Shown piece by piece: positions 27,803 to 40,670 of a stretch of 64,000 bases of DNA; position 1 is the stretch's first letter; every line of letters starts with the position of its first letter. Source of the DNA: Octopus vulgaris (taxonomy: Eukaryota); the NCBI GenBank assembly GCA_951406725.2, contig OX597826.1, forward strand, positions 32,860,001 to 32,924,000. Reading direction: 5' to 3'. The position numbers and the translations under genes were made by a program. The notes under the pieces are model-generated. The model worked only from the letters and a program-made list of their open reading frames with translations, was not told the DNA's origin and did not search any database.

Positions 27803-27935
27803 TACATTGGAAATCTGCAATGGTTCCATAACTACCATCATGGCTATAACCTTGGAGCCCTAGTGATCTGTTACACCACTTACCTGGTGTACCTAACCAT
27901 TTAGATAACCTGTGAACTAAACCCCAATATTTTGC
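27803..27935 (+). pseudogene. Decayed RI-type LRR fragment
   Basis: TLEICNGSITTIMAITL and TYLVYLTI. Confidence 0.5.
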
Positions 27936-28099
27936 ATATATATATAGATAGTAGTAATTTGCGATTACAGTCAGTTGAACTTGTCATGCTACCAAAGGTT
28001 ATCCTCATGTGTTCTTGCAGGAAAAAGGAAAGTAAACTGTGAATGTTAATCTTAATTTTAATTTTAATATAATTTTTTTAATACTTCTTTTCTCTTTAG

Positions 28100-28630
28100 T
28101 TGTGAAGACCTGTTGAGGCAAGTGAAAATCAAACCAAATCAAAATAGATGAACATCAATGGAATTTGTATCTTTGTGGTACCAGTGCCGGTGGCACACAA
28201 GAAAACCATCTGAACGTGGCCGTAGCCAGTACCGCATCGACTGGCCTCCGTGCTGTGGGCACGTAACAAACACCATCCGATCGTGGCCGTTCGCCAGCCT
28301 CATCTGGCACTTGTGTCAGTGGCACATAAAAACACCATCCGAGCGTGGTCGTCTGCCAGCCTCGTCTGGCACCTGTGTCGATGGCACATAAAAAAACACC
28401 ATCCGAGCGTGGCCGTTCGCCAGCCTCGTCTGGCACCTGTGTCGGTGGCACATAAAATCACCCACTACACTCTCGGAGTGGTTGGCGTTAGGAAGGGCAT
28501 CCAGCTGTAGAAACACTGCCAGATCTGACTGGCCTGGTGCAGCCTTCGGGCTCCCCAGACTCCAGTTGAACCGTCCAACCCATGCTAGCATAGAAAGCGG
28601 ACGTTAAATGAGGATGATGATGATGATGAT
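28100..28630 (+). mobile_element. SINE family C with four internal tandem units of about 63 bp
   Basis: Units ggcac..aaacaccatccga..gtggccg start near 28190, 28255, 28319 and 28381; tail ggaagggcatccagctgtagaaac..ggacgttaaatga(gat)n. Confidence 0.9.
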
Positions 28631-28806
28631 ATTCCATTTTAGTACATATTTTTGATAAGTTTTTTAAAAAACCAAAACATGTAAAAGGAAAATTAAAATG
28701 CACCCAATTTTAAGAAAGTAGCATTTTCGTTTTTGCTTTTCATAAATATATAGATCGCTAGCCACTATACATTCTTTATTTTCTCTCCTTGTTTCCTTCA
28801 GTGTTC

Positions 28807-28842
28807 CTTTCCGTGGAAGAGTGTAGGCTCGAAATGTTAAAG
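28807..28842 (+). ncRNA. Decayed minimal hammerhead motif inside a PLE pLTR-like repeat (about 28750-28935)
   Basis: CTTT-CCGTGGA-A-GAGT-GTAG-GCTC-GAAA-TG-TT-AAAG; same architecture as 29413-29447 but the core is mutated. Confidence 0.5.
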
Positions 28843-28930
28843 ACTTTTTCACTTTTCAACCGTTATACTAATAGATCTGTTTGCTGTATACACCACCTGT
28901 CTTCGTCTGTTGATTTTTTTGTGAATTCTC

Positions 28931-28977
<47 letters not shown>

Positions 28978-28984
28978 ATATGAT

Positions 28985-29200
28985 TATAAGACCAGAATTC
29001 TATTTGATTCCAAAAATAATGCTATCATCTTCAACTCAATACCAATGTAGGAAGTTTCTTTGAATCAGTTCACTTTGAAACTGTTGGAAAGTGATGAACC
29101 GTTGATGAAATCACAGCAACTAGGATGCACAACTGCATACAGAGCAATGTGCATTTGGTGCAGTAGAAACATATGTTGGTCATTGTTACATATAGTGTAG
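28985..29200 (+). pseudogene. Decayed RI-type LRR fragment
   Basis: TVDEITATRMHNCIQSNVHLVQ*. Confidence 0.5.
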
Positions 29201-29259
29201 GAAAACTTTTAATAAAATAGTTTTGATGTGAATATATCTCCATTCTCCTCTTCATTTTC

Positions 29260-29310
<51 letters not shown>

Positions 29311-29412
29311 CATATGTATAAAAAGTTAATCCAAACATGAAAACACAACAACGCGAGGACGTGGAACAAGTATAGTATTACTGGATGCTCAGGAAAGAAG
29401 GAAAGAAGGAAG

Positions 29413-29447
29413 GTTTAACGTTTCGAGCAGAGCCCTTCATCAGAAAC
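29413..29447 (-). ncRNA. Minimal hammerhead ribozyme in a repeat of about 155 bp (29325-29480)
   Basis: Minus strand GTTT-CTGATGA-A-GGGC-TCT-GCTC-GAAA-CG-TT-AAAC; palindromic stem III AACGTT. Confidence 0.8.
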
Positions 29448-29854
29448 ATAGGAAAAGGAAAGATCCAAAGAAGGGAAGATGCATATATATGCATACACAG
29501 ACACACACAGCAGTATGTGTGTATGTCACAACATCGTGTATTATTATTATTATTAGTATTATTATGTGTGAGGTTGTGTATATCTGTGTGAAAGCATGTC
29601 TGTTTCATTCTGAGTACAGAAGACTTACATACAAGCATAATCTGTTTATGTATCTGTTACCGATAAGCGTGTGTATGTGTGTGTGTGTTTGTAAAGGTTT
29701 CTATTTGAATGTTTGTGTATAAATGTTGTATTTGCAGGCATGATATTTGCATAGACAGAATTGCATAGACAGATTTGCATATATATGATATATGCGGTGC
29801 TCCAGCATGGCCACAGTCAAATGAATGAAACAAATAAGAGAATAAAAGAATATA

Positions 29855-31028
29855 TCTCTTATTATAAAAGGCAGATTTTATCTGCCTCCCTTTGTCAGTT
29901 ATAGAAATCTACAATATAGGATTTCTTCAATTACAATTTACCTAGCATTTTTAAGAGTAGAATGCATCGGGTTTTGCCAGGTCCAGTTTTTAAAATTTAA
30001 ACTCCAATTAAGCAAAATTTAGAGAAAACTCACATTCTGGTGTGTATGTCAAATGCTTTTCTTAGTCTGGTTTACAGCACATGCAAACGCACACACACAG
30101 TGTGCAACGAATAAAGTGAAACTAGATGTAATATTTGTTTCTGTCTATCACGCTGATAGATACATGAGTAAAATGTATGGCAAGCTAACAGATAAGAGTG
30201 AGTGAAAATGTTCTTGGAAGAGAGTAAATAGCGACAAAGTTATTTGAGGAAGACTAAACTGAAAGTATGAAACAATGTTTATGTATAAACAGACGACACT
30301 TATATAAACCCTTTCGTTACCAAACCGCCCGAATTTACCTATTCATATTTAAATGAGAATATCAGAGTAAATCTCTTTAGTACATTCGTGAAAACACGTA
30401 TTATACTTCGTAAACACTTCAAATACAGTTTTGTACAAAAATCGAAGTGTAATTTTAATTCCGTGAATTATGGGAGATTTTTTTCCGAAATTTGTTCCTA
30501 TTGTGTTTTCAAAATTTGTAATTCTGACAAAAAATGGATACGAATTTCATTATATCAAGCAGCGAGTCAGAATTCGAAGGATTTTCTACTGAAGACCTTC
30601 ATAAATCTAACTCTATGACTGAAAAAAAAAGCATCTTTATATAAGAGTGAAGTTGTGTGTCTGTCTCCTACGATTTAGATTCGTAACTACTCCCACATTT
30701 TGCGGTGCAGTTTAACCAAAAGCGGGTATCTTATAGTCGTGATTCATATCGAGCCCTTCTGGGTATTAGCGCGCGTCTACGATGAGTCTACGATTTTAAA
30801 AAAAATTACCATCATATTTTTCCATTTTAATGCATTTTTTTCGCTTTTATATAAGGGAAGTAACTCTCTAAAAATATCTACGATGTGTCAACGATTTAAA
30901 AAAAAATTTACCTTAATTTTTTTTCAATTTTTAATGCATTTTTTGCTAATTTTTGGCTATAACTCTCTAAAAATGCTTATATAGTTATTTCCCTTACAAA
31001 CCCGAGCAACGCCGGGCGATACTGCTAG
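29855..31028 (+). mobile_element. Non-autonomous Helitron (composite; second TC-type start at 30634)
   Basis: 5' A|TC at 29855; 3' GC-rich hairpin cccgagcaacgccggg (31001-31016), then CTAG|T at 31025-31028; no TSD. Confidence 0.75.
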
Positions 31029-31031
31029 TGT

Positions 31032-31084
<53 letters not shown>

Positions 31085-31166
31085 TACATACGTATATATA
31101 CATATATATTTATATATATACGTATGTATGTATATATATATATGTATATATACGTATGTATGTATA

Positions 31167-31216
<50 letters not shown>

Positions 31217-31223
31217 CGTATAT

Positions 31224-31270
<47 letters not shown>

Positions 31271-31292
31271 CATACATACATACATATGTATA

Positions 31293-31673
31293 TCTCTCTA
31301 TATATAAACGGCAGTTTGTCTGTCTGTGTGTCTGTGTGTCTGTCAGGTTGTACCCTCACCCTGACCATGGCTTTCAACCGATTCTGATGAAACTTGACAC
31401 ACACATAGCCCAATGTCATAATTCAAAACTAACGCAGCGGAAATTTTGAAAAGTTCCCCCAGTTCTGAAAAAATCGATAAATTCGACATGGGGTCGAGAA
31501 TCAGAAACACAAACCACAGACTGTCTAGGGGACGCAACTCGACCTTTTTAACTCTCAAAAAAATTTACCATAATTTTTTTTCTATTTTTTTCTATTTTTT
31601 GGCTATAACTCTCTAAAAATGCTTTATAGTTATTTCCCTTACAAACCCGAGCAACGCCGGGCGATGCTGCTAG
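31293..31673 (+). mobile_element. Non-autonomous Helitron
   Basis: A|TCTCTCTATATATAAA start, subterminal (GTCT)-like repeats, and the same 3' hairpin with CTAG|T at 31670-31673. Confidence 0.8.
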
Positions 31674-32119
31674 TATATATATATATATATATATATTCAT
31701 ATATATACGTATACACACATATATGTGTGCTTGTATGCATATATACATACACATACACACATATATATATGAATGTATCATCATCATCATCATCAATATA
31801 TGTATTTATATATACACACGTCTTTCTATCTAAATGTGTGTGCATATATACATATATGTATGTATGCATATATACACACACATATATGCATATGTATGTG
31901 AGTAGGTGTTCATATAGTAGCAAGTATTAAGTATAGGTGTGTGTAGGTGTGAATGTGTGTATGTGTATATATGCACTTATGCTTGTATGTATGTATATGT
32001 AAATATGACTGTAGTTTCATTTCTCCATTATAACATTCTATTATTAACTTTTGTTTTCACAACTCCCCATTCCAGTCAATCTAAGTCTGTTACACTGGCT
32101 AGTTTCTCTTATCATTTCA

Positions 32120-32212
<93 letters not shown>

Positions 32213-32213
32213 T

Positions 32214-32280
<67 letters not shown>

Positions 32281-32380
32281 GTTTGTCTGTCTGTCTAGCT
32301 GTTTGTCTATCTTTCCATCCATCCATCCATCGGTCCATGTACCAAACTGTCTGTCTGTCTGTCAGTCTGTCTGTCTATCT
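32120..32380. repeat. Compound (TATC)n/(TGTC)n microsatellite
   Basis: Direct reading. Confidence 0.95.
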
Positions 32381-32798
32381 AACTTTTTATTTTTCTATTC
32401 ACCCATCTGTCTCTTCTTGCTCTGCCTTTCTGTATAAGTATGTATGTATATCTGTACGTACATATGTATGTATGTACATATGTACGTACATACATATATA
32501 TGTATATTTGTATTTATGTATGTATATATCTTTGTATTTACGTATGTATGTTTGTATATATTTGTGTGAGTATTTTGCCAAATGTAAATAAGAATATTCA
32601 TGAGAAATAGAGTTTAGATATATAATTTTTTTTTACTACTTCGAGTTTTCTGATGAGAATTTGGGCTGGCCACAAAATGGTGACTTCTGGCTGCAGGAAA
32701 TCTGCTTCAATAAAGTCCATCCAACTCTTGTGAGCTTGGAAAAGAGGATGTTAAATTATGATGATGAGGACGACGAGATGATGATGATGATGACGATG

Positions 32799-32830
<32 letters not shown>

Positions 32831-32967
32831 GATAGTGGTGGTGGTGGTGGTGATGATGATGATGATGATGATGATGATAGTGGTGGTGGTGGTGGTGATG
32901 ATGATGATGATGATGATGATGGTGAGGATGATGATGATGATGATGATAGTGGTGGTGGTGGTGGTGG

Positions 32968-33014
<47 letters not shown>

Positions 33015-33544
33015 GTGAGGATGATGATGATGATGACAATGATGGCGATGATGATAAAAAGTGAAGAGTTGAGAGACTAAATGCTGTAATGAATTCACGT
33101 TGGTGCTCTATTATCTCAGTCGCCATTGTTTCAATTGTGCTCAGTTTCGTGCCACGATTTCAAATAAACCCCACATCAGATATTTTCTCTCAACCTCTTT
33201 TTGCCATCCTGAACCATTTTGTCTAATCAACAATCCTGCAATTAAAATTCAAATTAGAGTAATTTCTTTTACCAAAAACGTTATAATGAAATTTACATCG
33301 GCGCAGGAGTGGCTGTGTGGTAAGAACCTTGCTTCCCAACCAAATGGTCCCAGGTTCAGTTGCACTGTGTCATACCTTCTCTTATAGCCATGGGTTGACC
33401 AAAGCCTTGTGAGAGGATTTGGTAGATGGAAACGGAAACTGTGTAGTCTCCAGTTCAATCCTCCTGTATAGCACCTTCATCAAACACCTTTCACTATAGC
33501 CCCAGGCTGACTAAATCCTTATGCGTGTATTTGACAGATGGAAA

Positions 33545-33980
33545 CTGTATGTATATATATGTGCATGTGTGTATGTGCATCATTGTGAGTGTATGTGTGT
33601 GCATGTGTATATATGTGAGTGCATCAGTGTGTGTGTATATGTGGACATTTGTGTATGCTTGTGTATGTGTGTGTGTGCATGCACATGACTGTATCATTGT
33701 GTGTATGTGCATGTGTTTCTCTGTGTGTGTGTGTGTATGCGTGCGTGTATTTCTCTGTGTGTGTGTGTGTGTGTATGTGTGTGTGTGTGTGTGTGAGTGT
33801 ATGTGTGTGTGTGTATGTGTGTGTTGTGTATGTATGCATGTGTGTGTGTGTTTCTCTGTGTGTATGTCTGTGTTTGTGTGTGTGAGTGTATGTGTGTGTG
33901 TGTATGTGTGTGTTTCTGTGTGTTTCTCTGTGTGTGTATGCATGTGTGTGTGTATTTCTCTTTGTGTGAATGTGTATGTC

Positions 33981-34020
<40 letters not shown>
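33545..34020. repeat. Degenerate (TG)n tract following family A SINE head fragments (33300-33545)
   Basis: Direct reading; source of the VC/HT ORFs. Confidence 0.9.
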
Positions 34021-34021
<1 letters not shown>

Positions 34022-34289
34022 CTCCTTCACTTGGCCTCATGTGCTAATTGCCTCAACTCTCACTTCATACAAGCAATCTTCCATGGAAACATTGCAAGCT
34101 AGTATATTGTTTGTGTTCAGAGGAGTCAGAGAAACATCCCCTTGCTAGGAAAAAGATTTTTAAAATAAGGCTAGCAACAGGAAGAGCACCCAGATGTAGA
34201 AAATCTGCTTCACCAAGGGCTCAGCTAACCTACGCAAGTATGAAAAATTGGACGTTAACATGTTGATGATGGTAATGATATTTATGTCA

Positions 34290-34650
34290 TTGTAACTTAG
34301 TGGTTCATCAAAAAAGACCAATAGAACAAGTATAGGTACTCTGTCGATTATGATGACTAGGGGTCCAGGCGATCTGATCAATGGAACAGCCAGCTTGTGA
34401 AATTAATGTGCAAGTGGCTGAGTACTCCACAGACATACGTACGCTTAATATAGTTCTCAGAGAGATTTCAGTGTGATACAGAGTGTGACAAGGCTGGCCT
34501 CTTTGAAATACAGGTGCAAATCATTTTTGCCAGTGGATTGGACTGGAGTAATGTGAAATAAAGAGCCTTGCTGAAGAACACAATGTGCCACCGAGAATTG
34601 AACTCACAACTTCATGATCGTGAGCTGAATACATTAGCCACTAAGCCACC
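34290..34650 (-). mobile_element. tRNA-derived SINE related to family D; related copies at about 49160-49465 and 54185-54395
   Basis: Minus-strand head ggcttagtggctaatgtattcagctcacgatcatgaagttgtgagttcaattc. Confidence 0.75.
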
Positions 34651-34692
34651 AGACTTGAAAAATATATCCTGGGTTGATTTGGTCAACTAAAC

Positions 34693-35038
34693 GAGTGTTT
34701 CTCAACCGGGTTCTATATGACTTCGGGGGCGGGGCTCATAAGATTTGGGTTGGTGAGGTCCATGCAAGCAAAACAGTAAATTTGGGATCCACAGAAATAT
34801 ATTAAGGACCCATGAAAATATTTTGGTTTAGATGTATTTATTGCAAGAAATTGCTGTGTTTTTTTCTCTTACATTTTCCATGACACAATCTACAGAAGTG
34901 AATGTGCGACAAACAAAATAGGAATTTTGAAGGAAGTATCTATAAACCTATTTTTTATACATTGAATGGCTCTGGGGGTCCACCAGAATAAGATTGTATC
35001 AAAGAGGTCCATAGGTAAAAAATGGTTGAGAAAAACTG
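34693..35038. mobile_element. hAT-superfamily MITE inserted in a family A SINE tail
   Basis: TIRs GAGTGTTTCTCAACC / GGTTGAGAAAAACTG; exact 8 bp TSD AACTAAAC at 34685-34692 and 35039-35046. Confidence 0.9.
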
Positions 35039-35144
35039 AACTAAACCCTTCAAGGCAATGCTCCAGCATGGCCACAGTCTAGTAACTGAAACAAGCAAAA
35101 GATAATAGATGAAAGATTGATGGAGCAAAGAATTACTGATTTGG

Positions 35145-35830
35145 TTGGAACCATTTTCCAAAACCAAATGCAAATTGTTCCATCAATCTTTCCTGAAACA
35201 GACCTCAGCGCCAAATTTTTCCAGAAGTTTTGAATTTGAAATCAGATCAAACTGGAGACATTCTGCCCCTTCAAGTCAATTTGCAACATTAAACTCCCAT
35301 AAGAGCAACCACAAAGTACTGGATGTAGTAATTGTTTAAATTCTGCTTTCTAGATTATTCCATACTGTCTTACTCAACATTTTTCTCACACTTATGTGCT
35401 GAAGGTGCTTCTGCACATTGTCCCCAAATGCAGAAGTTCATTTTATCAGGTAGATAAAGCAGCCATTTTAGGTGTTTCAGTCCCTATTGCTGCAGTACCA
35501 GAATTACCTGGAACCACTCACCGATGTAAGCAAACAAAGCTTGTGCAAAAGCTTTGTTGTGTTACATGTTGTGACTCTGGGCCAAATGTTTCTATCATCC
35601 TCAATGCTTGTTCTGTCCTTCCTCTTGTGCTCTATCTTAAGCCAAGTGTAATGGCTTGATTTCTTTCCATAGATTTGAAATATCGGCGATCATTTATAAA
35701 GGATTTTATACTACATGACTATCCAATTTAGTACTAATTAATATATCAATAATTATGGATTGATTAATGAAATTCAGCTGGAAACCAGTCTACCTTGTGA
35801 CTATTCTCTTCTTTAAACTACAAAGTGATT
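35145..35830 (+). pseudogene. Decayed RI-type LRR fragment, paralogous to 37830-38270
   Basis: PEVLNLKSDQTGDILPLQVNLQH* (35221), NIGDH and NLVLINIS. Confidence 0.65.
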
Positions 35831-36439
35831 AGATCGATCATTGGAAATTGTGAGTTCTGTAAGTGTTATAAGCGGAACCCTTGTAGCTCCTAGGAGGTAA
35901 TATTGATAAAACATTTATAACCTTCAATACATAATGAACAATTTCACACAGCTGTATGCAGTCATTAATTAATATGATAACAATATCGAGTAAAGTGATG
36001 AATAGCAGACTTGTTAGAGCAGTGGACAAAATGCTGATGGTATTTGGCTCAGCTCTGTACATTCTGAGAAGTTCAAATCCTGCTGAAGTCAACTTTATCT
36101 TTTATCCTTCTGATTTCATGAAACAAATTACCCATCAGGCAACGAGGAATTCTGTCTGTTTCATTTTCTTTCTGTTCTGAGTTCTAATCCATCTGTGATG
36201 AACTTTGACTTTCCTTTTTTTCAAGGGCCTATAAAAATTACTAATTTAAGACCATGGACTGGTGGCACAGTAAGAGGGTCAGCTAAGATGAGTTGCAGAG
36301 TCAACTCTGAGTCTTAGTATTCTTAGTCTTAGTAACAGCAAGCTGCATGAGCCCAAGTTGGTAAACCTGCCATTAGATAAGCATCAGAAGTATGAAGAAG
36401 AGACATTTCCTAAAAAAAAAGAAAGAAAAGAAAACAAAT

Positions 36440-36640
36440 CAAAAAATCTTAGCTAGGCCTACGCATATATGTACAGAGCCCTGCTCAGTCTTGAGCAATG
36501 GGGTGGATGGGGTGGCTTTCTTACAAACATGGAATTCCATTCAAGAAGACTTAAATTTCAGATTATTAAAAATTAAACATCATAGCTCTAGGAGGAACAA
36601 AGTACTGGCAATAAGTTCCAAAGGAGCTATGATTTCAATC
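36440..36640 (+). pseudogene. Decayed RI-type LRR fragment
   Basis: SVLSNGVDGVAFLQTWNSIQEDLNFR. Confidence 0.55.
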
Positions 36641-36903
36641 ATCACCATTTAACATTCACTTTTCCATGCTTACATAGGTCGTATACATGCCACACACACA
36701 CATGCATATAGCCAAATGACATTGGATGTGAAAGATCTCACCTGTTTGAAATCTTTTCTGTTTAAAATTTTGCCTGATGATGGTGGATTTTATGTTAGGA
36801 TATAACCTTCTATAAATGCTTTAATAAAACTCTAGTGAAACAGCTGTTGTAGATATTAAATGCCATTTGTGTTTACTTTTTATATATAACTCTTTCTCTC
36901 TCA

Positions 36904-36985
<82 letters not shown>

Positions 36986-37118
36986 AAAGGGTACCAAAGA
37001 AGTACCACCATGCCAGAAATAGCAGTTAAAACCTGACTCTAAAACCACATCATGTATTCATACAGCACAGGTGAAAAGATAAAGGAACAAATAAATTAGT
37101 AAAAAAAATCATGGATAA

Positions 37119-37174
37119 TCCCAGATCAAAGATTTCTGGCTATCTAGTACCATCCTCTGCCTTCATCAGTGGAA
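37119..37174 (-). ncRNA. Type I hammerhead ribozyme motif
   Basis: Minus strand TTCCA-CTGATGA-AGGC..GCCA-GAAA-TC-TTT-GA-TC-TGGGA; stems I and III pair; ATC triplet. Confidence 0.75.
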
Positions 37175-37345
37175 ATATACCAAATTTAGTACATAATTAC
37201 AAAAATATATGTACATACAACATATGAATACTTACATATATGCACGTATATACCAGACCAATTCATTTGTCCATCTTACACCATATGGTATATGGTCAAA
37301 ATTATCACCGCAGTGAATATAATGATGGATAAATAAATAAATATA

Positions 37346-37466
37346 TATAATAAGATGAGAAAATAGAGAGGTAATTAATATATTATTGTTTATTAATTAA
37401 AAAAATTGACAAATTTTAATTAATAAATAACAATTTATTACCTCTCTATTTTCTCATCTTATTATA
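37346..37466. repeat. AT-rich inverted repeat of about 120 bp
   Basis: tataataagatgagaaaatagagaggtaat / attacctctctattttctcatcttattata are perfect 30 bp outer arms; inner arms also pair. Confidence 0.9.
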
Positions 37467-37829
37467 AATAAATATATATAAACCACGGTTTATATAGTTA
37501 CCATGCATTTGAGTATTAAATGTAATATTAAATATTCTTTGTATAGGTAAATAACCAGTACTTTCAGAGGATTTTACTATCCCTGAATGAGGTTTGTAAC
37601 CTTTATTTGTTCTTTTGTTAAATATTTATATGATGGGATTCTTTCAGTTTCACTCTATCCAAAACCACTCCCAAAGTTTTGAGCACCTCAGGACTGTAGT
37701 AGAAGAAACTTGCCTAAGGTGCCTCACAGTGGGACTGAACTGGGTTGGGAAACAAGGTCTTTCACCATACAGCCGAGCCCATACCTATATCAATGTGGAA
37801 TGATATTCTTAATCAAATGTAATTTGCTT

Positions 37830-38270
37830 CCTGACCAACCTCATCTGAGAGATAGACCCCGGCATGATGAAATACTCACAAGAAATTTTGGCACAGAATT
37901 CATGAAGAATTTCCCGACAGAAGATTTAAATCTAAATTTCAATGCAATTGGAATTGAAGGAATCCTGTTTCTTCAGTCCAAACTTCAACTGGGAAGTAAT
38001 TTTAGTGCAATCACAACAAGGGTGAAAAACTGGCAATAGAGTACAAATTAATACCATTCTATATTATCTCACTCTGTATACTCAACATAGGATATCTCTC
38101 TACAAATATGAAATATCAGTGATCATTTATACAATAATGCCATACTACATGACTATCCAATTTAGTACAAATTAATATATCAATAATTATAGATTGCATG
38201 CTGACATTTAGCCCCAAACCAGTCTACCATGCTGTTTCACTCTTCTTCATATTACAAAACAGATTGATGA
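37830..38270 (+). pseudogene. Decayed RI-type LRR fragment
   Basis: TEDLNLNFNAIGIEGILFLQSKLQLGSNF (37917) matches LxLxxNxIGxEGxxxLxxxL. Confidence 0.75.
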
Positions 38271-38880
38271 ATTCCAAATAAAAACCTGCAGGAAAAAAAA
38301 ATGCCTCTGCATTTTTATATATGTATATTTTTATAAACGATTGCTAGTTTATATTGTTTGATTTTTCTTTTCATATTGGTATTACTATAGTTATTGTTGT
38401 TTGCAGTGGTGCGATGCATTGTGCTGGTGAGATTGTGGTTGTGGTTATGGTTGTTATTGTATTTGTTTTTGTCGGGCATGTTGCTAAGTTTCACTTAATT
38501 GTTATATGTACGCATATCCTATTATATAAGTGCATTTATTGTGTGCATATACATACACAAACGCATATACCATCACACGCGCAATTTCGTATACATGCCA
38601 CATGTGCACTATAGATAAATATTTACTTATGAATACGGGTATATGTATGTTATGTGTATTATACATACAAAAACATACATATATATATACACATGTATGT
38701 ATATATATGTCTGTTTATATACTATATATATATGTGTGTGTGTATATATATATATGTATATATACATATGTTTGTATATATGCATGTTTATATCTCTATA
38801 TATACATACATATATATATACATATATATAAATATATATATATATGTATACATATATAATATATACATATATATATATAC

Positions 38881-38925
<45 letters not shown>

Positions 38926-39275
38926 CATACATACTTACGTGCATGTATGTGTGTATGCGCACATGTGTGCATACAAGTGTGTATATGGCTATATGTATGT
39001 TTTATGTTTGCACATATTTCACTGCAGAAACCACCACAAATATATATTTATATATATATTTTTTTTATTATTTACTAATTATTTTTTACATATTGATTGC
39101 TTTCTGTCATTTTGTCTTTATTCATCCATTTATGAACGACATTATTACTATTATTATTACTATTATTATTCTTACTACATATATTTTTGCTATCATCATT
39201 ATTATTATTATAATTATTATTATTATTATTATTATTTTATTATTATTATTTTTAATATCATTATTATTATTATAA

Positions 39276-39342
<67 letters not shown>

Positions 39343-39834
39343 TACTATTATGCTTGTATTTTCATTAGTGATTTTTTTGTTTTTTTGTTTTTGCATTTCT
39401 ACCTCTCAATAGCAGTTGTTCTTATACACACAGCGGGTTTTTTGCAATCAAGGGATATGAAGCTTTTGTGCATGCTCCATTTAACAGAGCGACCATCTAT
39501 TCAAATGAAACAGGTAGTAAATACATTTATGAATAAATGATTCACTTTTATATATTTATTTACTTATTTTATGTATATTTTTTTATAGTTTTCTTTCCTC
39601 TTGTTACTTGTCTTTAAAACTTATTTTATTTTTTTGCATTACACCTTGTTTTTTTAGCTACATTATTATTACTATTATTATTATTGTTGTTGTTGTTGTT
39701 GTTGTTGTTATTATTATTATTGTTATTATTATTATCATCATGATCAGCATCATCATCATCATGTGTCTTAGGGGTTAAGGTAGATACTCTTATAGTCCCA
39801 CAGATATAATTATACATATACACACACACATACA

Positions 39835-39867
<33 letters not shown>

Positions 39868-39922
39868 GCATTTATATATATGTGTGTATGAGTGTGTGCG
39901 TATTTATATATATATATATATG

Positions 39923-39957
<35 letters not shown>

Positions 39958-39958
39958 T

Positions 39959-40009
<51 letters not shown>

Positions 40010-40639
40010 TGATTGATTGATTGATTGACTGATTGATAGATATACACACACATATATATATATTGTACATATAGATACTATACATGCTCAGATAAATCCA
40101 TACATACATGTATAAATAAATTTCACATATATATATGTGTGTGTGTGTGTGTATACATATATATAACACACACACCCAAACAAACACATACACACTAACA
40201 CATACATATATACACACACTGCAAACTAAAAGTCTGAAGAGCTGGAGAAACGAAACACAACCTTAGCTATTAAAATAAAACAACCTCTTATAAAAGAAAC
40301 ATAAAAAAATTAAAAATCAAATAGCACATATGTATAGAACGATTATAGAAAAAAAATCCATAAATTTTCCTATATCTTTTTTACATTTGTTTATTTCTGT
40401 GTTTTTGTTCATATTTTTGTATTTAGTTTTTGCATGTTAGCTTTTAACGAATTTACTAATATTTGTGTATTTATTGAATCAGATGTTTTGTATAGCTACA
40501 ACTTGTACAAGAGCTGTTTAAAAACTAATACTAAGGGATCTATATTTGAAAGATATAGGAAGTGGGCTGAATAAGAATGGTCCTTTTTATGATGCAGTAT
40601 GCATGTACTTACACGAATATACACATATGTAAGTACACT

Positions 40640-40670
<31 letters not shown>

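Noticed and set aside
28190-28460. CRISPR-like repeat-spacer array
   Set aside because: The units are similar along their whole length with no unique spacers, lie inside a eukaryotic SINE, and have no cas genes nearby.
33138-33235. Minus-strand terminal exon candidate (ttttaattgcag then LLIRQNGSGWQKEVERKYLMWGLFEIVARN*)
   Set aside because: No partner exons or homology recognised, and the + strand has LRR-like residues.
40230-40270. CTGAAGA..GAAA hammerhead-like words; similar cases at about 6575, 40715-40760, 53320-53345 and 62650-62695
   Set aside because: The stems do not form or the core is too mutated to support a call.
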